DNA from: Candidatus Micrarchaeota archaeon
GTDB taxonomy: Archaea; Micrarchaeota; Micrarchaeia; Anstonellales; Bilamarchaeaceae
DNA length: 64,000 bases
Assembly: GCA_038046805.1 (NCBI GenBank)
Contig: JBBSVO010000006.1
Coordinates: forward strand, 215,166 to 279,165
Direction of reading: 5' to 3'
Made by a program: the position numbers and the translations under genes. This document shows positions 56,995 through 64,000 of the stretch, one piece after another (positions within the stretch are counted from its first letter, which is position 1; each line of letters begins with the position of its first letter). Under the pieces are notes generated by a model. That model saw nothing but the letters and a program-made list of their open reading frames with translations. It searched no databases and was not told the DNA's origin.

Positions 56995-57245
56995 GTTCAT
57001 CGACAAGAGCGGAAGCTCTTGGAGAGATTTGAACGGAACGCCGTTCAAACAGATCACCCATTTTTTACCTCGTTACCAAGTATTATTATCGAGGTCAAAA
57101 TATATAAAGGCTGCTCTAGCTGAAATGGCAGAATTCCTAAGAATTAGGGTGGATTGATAGGGAAAAACAATGAAACGATCTAGGGGCCAACAGCACGTAT
57201 AGCCCTACCCACTCGCCCCATTATTGAGAGTACCAAGTCACAACA

Positions 57246-57926
57246 TTACTTTTTGGTTTTGTTATTCTCCTTTTTGTGACATAATTCAAACAAAGTCTGA
57301 TAAGCCTTCATTAAATCTTTTTCTTCTACGAATACTAGCATCTCTGGAACACAGCTCATTATCTCGTAAATATTAACACTATTTAGCATAAGTTCGGTTG
57401 ATATTACCAACACAATGCCAGGCGTATTTACTGCTTCAGGATGCAGATGTATATTTACCTCTGCAAGATCTTCTTGTATTTTTATTATAATTCTTTTAGG
57501 TAAGAGATCCAGCACCTTCTTGAGATTTTTTTCATCCACAAGCACTTTGATTGATTCCTCTCCTTCCACGATACGTAGCGTTTCACCACGTTCGAAATTT
57601 ATAAGGGAAAACAACCGTGGCAATGTTTCCTGTGCTTCTTTTCCTGTTTCCAATGCAATACTGACAATGTGACTTCGGGTAGAGATAGTAGACTGGCTGA
57701 CAATCTTTCCAGCGTTTTCGAATTTATTTTTAAAAGTACTGTCTTTGGGATAGCGGCGTATCGCACTTATTACAGCATCTTCAGTTGGTTCCAAACCTTT
57801 TTCTTCCAGTTGTTTTGCAACAAATCTGCTAAGTGCCCGAATGTTTATCAGGTCGCGTTGCAGGCAGAGCTGGATACTTGGATCTTTCTCTATTATTTTC
57901 CATGTTTCAAACGGTATTTCTGTCAT
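57246..57926 (-). CDS. ACT-domain-containing putative regulator
   Basis: I...L...LIN..AL.R....AVI.AIRRY N-terminal domain; TPGI.........N.VNI.EI.SC..E ACT-like C-terminus; divergent from leu operon. Confidence 0.7.
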   Translation of the reverse strand: MTEIPFETWKIIEKDPSIQLCLQRDLINIRALSRFVAKQLEEKGLEPTEDAVISAIRRYPKDSTFKNKFENAGKIVSQSTISTRSHIVSIALETGKEAQETLPRLFSLINFERGETLRIVEGEESIKVLVDEKNLKKVLDLLPKRIIIKIQEDLAEVNIHLHPEAVNTPGIVLVISTELMLNSVNIYEIMSCVPEMLVFVEEKDLMKAYQTLFELCHKKENNKTKK

Positions 57927-58038
57927 AATTAGCATATTTGTGTTAAAACAATTAATAAATGTATCTTTTGTGCCATAAAATATTAATAGGATGGCTGTTA
58001 CATGAATCAACATCAAAACACAAAATGAGGTGGGAAAT

Positions 58039-58143
58039 ATGAGAATAAGTGTAAGAGAAGGAAATAATGAAAAAATAGGCATTCGGGATAAAGCAGCTAA
58101 ATTGATCTTGAATGAATTGGCCTTGGACCAGGCCTATTGCTAA
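58039..58143 (+). CDS. Putative leader peptide of the leu operon (34 aa)
   Basis: GAGGTG RBS; MRISVREGNNEKIGIRDKAAKLILNELALDQAYC; four TTG Leu codons in 8 codons; T7 tract right after the stop. Confidence 0.5.
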   Translation: MRISVREGNNEKIGIRDKAAKLILNELALDQAYC

Positions 58144-58225
58144 TTTTTTTAATAATAACAAAGTTGCGATAGGCGGAATGAAACATTATGATCAATAGAA
58201 TTGATGGATAAGGGGTGAAAAAACA

Positions 58226-59098
58226 ATGACAAAAGTAAACATGAGTGGGGAAATAGTTGATGAGGCAGATGCTAAAATATCAGTATTCGACCATGGATTA
58301 CTCTATGGCGACGGAATATTCGAAGGAATACGGATATACAATCGGTGCATTTTCAAATACAGCGAGCATATCGATAGGCTCTATGATTCTGCCCGCGCAA
58401 TTTCACTTACGATTCCTATCAGCAAACAAACCTTCCAGGATGAAATAATCAAAACATGTATTGAAAATAAAATAGATAGCGGCTATCTTCGTGTCATAGT
58501 AACTCGTGGGATAGGTGGACTTGGGGTAAGTTCAATTACATGCAAGAATCCACAGTATATTATAATCTCTAAGGAAGTAGATCCGCTTCATGGAGCCAAA
58601 TCAGTTGAAGATGGCGTGGATGTGATAACCACATCAATACGACGAGCAAGTAGTACAGCAATTCCTGTTCAAGCTAAAACCTTAAATTACCTCAATCTAG
58701 TGATGGCCGTTGCCCAAGCGCAGGCTTTAGGAAAACAAGACGCATTAATGTTCAATGAACAGGGATATCTGACCGAGGGAGTAGGAGATAATGTTTTCAT
58801 AATAAAAAACAGAGTAATATGTACCCCACCCCCCAACTCAGGTTGCCTTGCTGGTATTACCAGAAATTCAGTTATTGAAATCGCCAGTAAAATGGGTTAT
58901 AGTGTAGTAGAGATAAATATGACTCTTTACGATATTTACGTTGCAGACGAAATATTCCTTACCGGTACACTTGCAGAGATCGTTCCGGTCAAGAGCGTAG
59001 ATGGCGAAAAAATAGGCAACGGGCAGGTAGGAGATCTAACCAAAAAAATTGCCAGCGAATTTAGAAAGTACATTGTAAACAACGGGGTGAAATACTGA
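58226..59098 (+). CDS. ilvE: Branched-chain amino acid aminotransferase
   Basis: DHGLLYGDGIFEGIR, K.LNY, EG.G.N.F, L.GITR, ADEIFLTGT.AEI.PV. Confidence 0.95.
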   Translation: MTKVNMSGEIVDEADAKISVFDHGLLYGDGIFEGIRIYNRCIFKYSEHIDRLYDSARAISLTIPISKQTFQDEIIKTCIENKIDSGYLRVIVTRGIGGLGVSSITCKNPQYIIISKEVDPLHGAKSVEDGVDVITTSIRRASSTAIPVQAKTLNYLNLVMAVAQAQALGKQDALMFNEQGYLTEGVGDNVFIIKNRVICTPPPNSGCLAGITRNSVIEIASKMGYSVVEINMTLYDIYVADEIFLTGTLAEIVPVKSVDGEKIGNGQVGDLTKKIASEFRKYIVNNGVKY

Positions 59099-60651
59099 TG
59101 GGTACTTTTGTTAGTTATTATAATTTTGATGCAGAAACGCGGCAATCCATGGATCTTCCTAAAAAAGTCAGTGTTTTTGACACCACGCTAAGGGATGGGG
59201 AGCAGACTCCAGGAGTGGTTTTTACAGGAAAGGAAAAATGCCACATTGCAACTGAACTAAGCAAGCTTGGTGTAGATATTATTGAGGCGGGGTTTCCGGC
59301 AAATTCGGAGGAGGAGCAAAAAAATATCCAAGAGATTACAGGGCTTGGCCTAAAGAGCAAAATATGCACTCTTGCAAGGGCAGTTGAAAGTGATATTGAG
59401 GGTTGTATTAAATGCAATCCCAATATGGTACATACTTTCATATCTACGTCGGATATTCATATAAAATATCAGATGAATACAACTAGAGAAGCAGTAATGA
59501 AACGCGCAATAGACTCTGTGGATAAAATCAAGAATCAGGGTTTTGAATGTATGTTCTCTCCAATGGATGCAACCAGGACTGATTTTGATTTTCTGGTAAA
59601 AGTATGTAAAGAAGTTGAAAATGCCGGTGCTGACATAATAAATATCCCGGATACTGTCGGCGTCATGAATCCACCTGCAATGCGCTCGTTGTTTAAGAGG
59701 CTGAAGAATCACTTAAAAATACCACTCGATGTACACTGCCATAATGATTTCGGCCTTGCAGTGCCAAATACCCTTGCTGCTGTAGAATCTGGGGCCTCGG
59801 AAGTTCAGGTTACAGTTAACGGGCTTGGGGAACGCGCAGGCAATGCAAATCTTGCTCAGGTAGTAATGAGTCTTAATATTTTATACGGGGTTAACACAAA
59901 TATCAAAACCCAGGGACTTACCGAGATTTCAAAATTAGTTGAAAGGCTGTCTATGATCCATAATCCTGCAAACACCCCTCTTGTTGGTAAAAATGCATTC
60001 AGTCACGAATCAGGAATACACGCCGCAGCCATACTCAAGAGAGCAGAAACTTTCGAACCTATTTCTGCAGAGATGGTGGGTCAACGAAGTAGAGTGGTTA
60101 TTGGAAAAAACACAGGACGGCATGCAGTTTCAGATGCGCTTAAATCGATAGGATACAAATTCAATGAGGATCAGATAAACACAGTTACACAAAAAATCAA
60201 GGAACTTGCAATAAAACAGAAAAAAATATCTGAAGATGACATAATTGCGATTGCAGACGAGGTACTGTGCAATGAACCAAACACGGAAAAGGCAATTGTG
60301 CTTGAAGATTTTTCAGTATTTACGAGCAACAAGATGGATTCTATGGCGAGCGTTGTGCTTTCTGTGTGCGGCGAAAGAAAAAAAGGCAATGCTATTGGAA
60401 TAGGTGCCGTTGATGCGTCTTATAAGGCAATAAGTTCAGCGCTGGGGATACCGTTCAAGCTAAGCGAATATAACCTGAAAGCGATTACTGGCGGAACTGA
60501 TGCACTGGCCAATGTGCTAATCCGGATTGAAGGTAACAAAAAAGAAATTCAAGCCGAATCTGTCCACGAGGATATTGCATTAGCCTCAGTCAATGCACTT
60601 ATTAAAGGAATGAATAAAATGAAAATAAATGAACTGGGGCAAGCGAAATGA
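59098..60651 (+). CDS. leuA: 2-isopropylmalate synthase (LeuA/CimA family)
   Basis: DTTLRDGEQTPG, HCHNDFGLA, NGLGERAGN, HESGIH; C-terminal regulatory domain; operon context. Confidence 0.85.
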   Translation: MGTFVSYYNFDAETRQSMDLPKKVSVFDTTLRDGEQTPGVVFTGKEKCHIATELSKLGVDIIEAGFPANSEEEQKNIQEITGLGLKSKICTLARAVESDIEGCIKCNPNMVHTFISTSDIHIKYQMNTTREAVMKRAIDSVDKIKNQGFECMFSPMDATRTDFDFLVKVCKEVENAGADIINIPDTVGVMNPPAMRSLFKRLKNHLKIPLDVHCHNDFGLAVPNTLAAVESGASEVQVTVNGLGERAGNANLAQVVMSLNILYGVNTNIKTQGLTEISKLVERLSMIHNPANTPLVGKNAFSHESGIHAAAILKRAETFEPISAEMVGQRSRVVIGKNTGRHAVSDALKSIGYKFNEDQINTVTQKIKELAIKQKKISEDDIIAIADEVLCNEPNTEKAIVLEDFSVFTSNKMDSMASVVLSVCGERKKGNAIGIGAVDASYKAISSALGIPFKLSEYNLKAITGGTDALANVLIRIEGNKKEIQAESVHEDIALASVNALIKGMNKMKINELGQAK

Positions 60652-61739
60652 TCCGTATTGCAGTTCTGCCTGGAGATGGAATAGGACCTGAGATCACAGC
60701 TGAAGCAATAAAAATACTAGAGGCAGTAGCTGAAAAACATAACAGTAAATTCGAATTTGAGTATGCTGATTTTGGGGGAGCTGCGTATGATAATCACGGG
60801 CATCCGTTCCCAGAACAAACAATTCAAATTTGCGACAAAGCAGATACAATTTTGAAAGGTCCTGTTGGTGCACCAAAATATGACAATATCGCTGACCCTA
60901 GCTTAAGGCCTGAACGAGGTGGAGTGCTTGCACTTAGAAAAAGATATGATACTTTTGCGAATTTCAGACCAGTTTATCTTCCGCCATCTTTAATTTCATT
61001 TTCTCCCCTGAAAAAAGAAAACATCAAAAGTGGAATTGACATTCTCATGATAAGGGAGCTTGTAGGTGGGATATATTTTGGGGATAAAATGGAGGGTAAA
61101 AACGAATCTGGAAAATATGCCCAGGATGTGATGGAATACACTGAATTCCAGGTTGAAAGAATTGTCAGAATCGCATTTGAAGAGGCAAGGAAAAGAAAAG
61201 CCCTGCTTTACAATATTCATAAATCAAATGTTCTCCAGTGCAGTGTTTTCTGGAACAGAATAGTTAATGAAATACAAGAAAAAGAATATTCTGATGTGAA
61301 AATGGAACATATGCTTGTGGATAATGCTGCATACCAGCTTGTGGTTAACCCCTGTCAGTTCAAAGTTATGCTTATGGAGAATATGATGGGAGATATACTT
61401 ACAGACGAAGGAGGAGGAATAATCGGATCGCTTGGGCTCATGCCCTCAGGATGTATTGGACCAAAAAAAGCATATTTTGAACCTGCGCATGGTTCAGCAC
61501 CATCAATAGCTGGAAAAAATATTGCAAACCCGTATTCTATGATCGGAAGTGCTGCCATGATGCTGGAAAGATTTGGAATGGGAAAAGAAGCAAATGAGAT
61601 ATGGAACGCTCTGACAAAAGTAATGGAGAAAAATAGAACTTGGGATCTCATGACAAAAGAAAATCCAGATGGCGCAGTTCTCGTTACTACGAAAAAATTC
61701 GGCAATCTTGTAAAAGATAAAATTCTTTCGTGTGGTTAA
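60648..61739 (+). CDS. leuB: 3-isopropylmalate dehydrogenase
   Basis: [48 protein letters not shown]. Confidence 0.95.
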   Translation: MIRIAVLPGDGIGPEITAEAIKILEAVAEKHNSKFEFEYADFGGAAYDNHGHPFPEQTIQICDKADTILKGPVGAPKYDNIADPSLRPERGGVLALRKRYDTFANFRPVYLPPSLISFSPLKKENIKSGIDILMIRELVGGIYFGDKMEGKNESGKYAQDVMEYTEFQVERIVRIAFEEARKRKALLYNIHKSNVLQCSVFWNRIVNEIQEKEYSDVKMEHMLVDNAAYQLVVNPCQFKVMLMENMMGDILTDEGGGIIGSLGLMPSGCIGPKKAYFEPAHGSAPSIAGKNIANPYSMIGSAAMMLERFGMGKEANEIWNALTKVMEKNRTWDLMTKENPDGAVLVTTKKFGNLVKDKILSCG

Positions 61740-61740
61740 T

Positions 61741-63141
61741 ATGTCAGAAAATACTCTGCTAGATAAAATCTGGAAGTTGCACACTGTAAAAGAACTCCCT
61801 ACCGGGCAGACCCAGCTTTTTATTGGGCTTCATTTTCTTCACGAAGTTACGAGTCCTCAGGCATTTGATATGCTACGGGAAAATAACTGGAAGGTGGCAT
61901 TTCCAGAACAGAATTTTGCAACTGTAGACCACATAGTCCCTACAGATAACCAAAATCGCCCTTTCAAAGACATTCTTGCCGAAAAAATGATGGCTGCACT
62001 GGAGAACAATGTTCGGGAATTTGGCATTCAGATGTTTTCAATTGGGGACAAAAACCAGGGTATTGTACATGTTATCGGCCCTGAAACCGGACTTACCCAA
62101 CCAGGCATGACTATTGCCTGCGGAGATAGTCACACTAGTACGCATGGTGCGTTCGGTTCTCTTGCATTCGGAATAGGCACTAGCCAGGTACGTGATGTGC
62201 TTGTTACACAATGTCTTGCAATGACAAAACCAAAAGTCAGAAAGATTAATATCAAAGGCACTCTTCAGAAGGGAGTTTATGCAAAAGACATAATACTCAC
62301 AATAATTAGAAAACTAGGGGTTAATGGGGGTATAGGATACGCATATGAATACGCTGGAGAAACAGTATCGAGAATGACAATGGAAGAACGGATGACAATA
62401 TGTAATATGAGTATCGAAGGCGGGGCGGTAATAGGCTATGTAAATCCTGATCAGAAAACTTTTGACTACATAAAAGAAAGAGAGTTCGCGCCAAAAAACT
62501 TTGAAAAAGCAGGCATATATTGGAAATCAGTCGCCTCAGATCAAAATGCACAATATGACGATGTTTTCCAACTTGATGTAACTAAACTTGAACCAGTAGT
62601 AACATGGGGGGTAAACCCAGGACAATCAATAGGTATAAGCGAGAAGATGCCGTTAATCAGGGGCATACCAGAAAACGAAAAAGAAAGTGCAAAACTTGCG
62701 TATAAGCACATGGGATGTAATCCGGAGCAAAAAATTCAGGGGACAAAGATAGATGTTGTATTCATTGGTTCTTGTACAAATGCACGGCTTTCTGATCTTA
62801 GAGAAGCAGCTGGGATTGTAAAAGGAAAAAAAATAGCATCTAATGTAAAAGGACTTGTTGTTCCTGGATCAGCAAGAGTTAAAAAAATGGCCGAGGCAGA
62901 TGGTCTTGATAAAATATTTACTGATGCTGGTTTTGAATGGCGAAACGCAGGATGCTCGCTTTGCCTTGGGATGAACAGTGATAAACTGACTGGCGGTGAA
63001 ATATGTGCATCATCATCCAATAGGAATTTCATAGGAAGGCAGGGGAGTCCAAAAGGAAGGACTATATTAATGAGTCCTGCCATGGTCGCTGCTGCAGCAA
63101 TAGCGGGGAAAATAATAGATGTACGAAAACTGATAGTGTGA
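61741..63141 (+). CDS. leuC: 3-isopropylmalate dehydratase large subunit
   Basis: [46 protein letters not shown]. Confidence 0.96.
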   Translation: MSENTLLDKIWKLHTVKELPTGQTQLFIGLHFLHEVTSPQAFDMLRENNWKVAFPEQNFATVDHIVPTDNQNRPFKDILAEKMMAALENNVREFGIQMFSIGDKNQGIVHVIGPETGLTQPGMTIACGDSHTSTHGAFGSLAFGIGTSQVRDVLVTQCLAMTKPKVRKINIKGTLQKGVYAKDIILTIIRKLGVNGGIGYAYEYAGETVSRMTMEERMTICNMSIEGGAVIGYVNPDQKTFDYIKEREFAPKNFEKAGIYWKSVASDQNAQYDDVFQLDVTKLEPVVTWGVNPGQSIGISEKMPLIRGIPENEKESAKLAYKHMGCNPEQKIQGTKIDVVFIGSCTNARLSDLREAAGIVKGKKIASNVKGLVVPGSARVKKMAEADGLDKIFTDAGFEWRNAGCSLCLGMNSDKLTGGEICASSSNRNFIGRQGSPKGRTILMSPAMVAAAAIAGKIIDVRKLIV

Positions 63142-63146
63142 TCAAA

Positions 63147-63749
63147 ATGAATATAACAATAGAACGAATAGACGGAAGGGGCATCCCGCTTCGAGGCAAT
63201 GATATAGATACGGATAGGATTATTCCGGCAAGATACCTCAAGGAAATCACATTCACTAACATGGGAAGTTATCTTTTTTACGATGAACGATTCGATGAGA
63301 TGGGTCAGAAAAAAGAGCATATCCTCAACGTTTCAAGGTTTTTTGGTGGTTCTATTCTCTTAGTAAACAAAAATTTTGGCTGTGGTTCTTCGCGTGAGCA
63401 TGCAGCGCATTCCATCCAGAAATTTGGTATTCGTGCTATCATCGGGGAATCGTTCTCCAATATCTTTGCTTCCAATTGCCTATCTCTTGGCATCCCGGTT
63501 GTTCAGGTTTCATCAGAAGACTCAGAATTCCTGATGACGACAATTGAACGGCACCCACAAACAGTAATCGTTATCTCTATCTCAAAAGGAGAGATAACAT
63601 GTAGTAAAAAAATAATTAAATTCACAATGCCTGAACATGCAATAACGGCGTTACTGGCAGGAAACTGGAATTCGACCCAACTGCTTCTTTCTAACATGTT
63701 TGAAGTACGAACTATGGCTGTAGGGTTACCCTATATAAAGGGGTTTTAA
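63147..63749 (+). CDS. leuD: 3-isopropylmalate dehydratase small subunit
   Basis: DIDTDRIIPARYL, NFGCGSSREHA. Confidence 0.95.
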   Translation: MNITIERIDGRGIPLRGNDIDTDRIIPARYLKEITFTNMGSYLFYDERFDEMGQKKEHILNVSRFFGGSILLVNKNFGCGSSREHAAHSIQKFGIRAIIGESFSNIFASNCLSLGIPVVQVSSEDSEFLMTTIERHPQTVIVISISKGEITCSKKIIKFTMPEHAITALLAGNWNSTQLLLSNMFEVRTMAVGLPYIKGF

Positions 63750-63873
63750 TGAAACAAATAAAAAATGTGTGAAGTCAGGGATCAGATACCTGGCCACCGT
63801 TCTCCCAGACTGCATTTCACATGTCCTGAAAAAAACTCTACGACGTAAAATTAATCAAAAAACTAGCAAAAAA

Positions 63874-63907
63874 AGATGCAGGGGAAGTAACCCGAGACCA
63901 GGTCTCC
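63874..63907 (-). repeat. tRNA 3'-end-like direct repeat copy D (34 bp)
   Basis: agatgcaggggaagtaacccgagaccaggtctcc. Confidence 0.85.
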
Positions 63908-63945
63908 AAACACCCCAAACGGAGTGATCGGATACCAAGTAGGAT

Positions 63946-64000
63946 TGCAGGGGAAGAGATTTAAACCCATGAAGGAATATTCCAATAACTAGTGTTCTGT
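63946..64000 (-). pseudogene. Degenerate tRNA 3' half (probably Leu), copy E; may continue beyond the window
   Basis: Reverse complement ...GGAATATTCC-TTC-ATGGG-TTTAAAT-CTCTT-CCCCTGC-A: variable-arm hairpin, imperfect T arm and acceptor strand like the tRNA-Leu at 5494. Confidence 0.55.

Noticed and set aside
10945..63320. Numerous long antisense ORFs in the track (e.g. 10945..11595, 21661..22332, 38871..39476, 51605..52192, 62736..63320)
   Set aside because: They are shadows of well-supported genes on the opposite strand, with no motifs or RBS
52373..63975. TGCAGGGGAAG repeats or hairpin elements as a CRISPR array
   Set aside because: Spacing is kilobases and irregular, there are no uniform spacers and no cas genes are in the window

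Overview
Chromosomal segment of an archaeon, most likely a DPANN lineage such as Micrarchaeota. This is inferred from archaeal core genes (L40e, S8e, proteasome alpha, Fen1, Trm1, Cgi121, aMBF1), GGTGA ribosome-binding sites, class III pilins and multi-intron tRNAs. Positions 1-52 kb are mostly housekeeping genes (rtcA, lig, ftsZ, mre11, truD, feoB, metG, fen1), a type IV pilus locus and a small glycosylation cluster. The cluster's class III aminotransferase carries a LAGLIDADG intein. The ORF track misses three tRNA genes with large non-canonical introns: Thr(UGU) and Ile(GAU) with 2 introns each, and a ~400-nt Leu(CAA) with 3. The most striking unexplained signal is a 56-58 bp double-hairpin element (GA-CCGA-N8-loop4-N8'-TGGTCCA-N8-loop4-N8'-TCG-GA), present five times. 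Its stems differ in sequence but stay paired. Copies sit inside older hairpins, inside a tRNA intron and inside one copy of a tandem duplication. From 52.3 kb to the end, repeats resembling a tRNA 3' end (TGCAGGGGAAG...) delimit a tandem array of integrase-less cassettes. One cassette is an ilvE-leuABCD operon preceded by a Leu(TTG)-rich leader ORF with attenuator-like structure. All calls come from reading the sequence only; no database searches were run.
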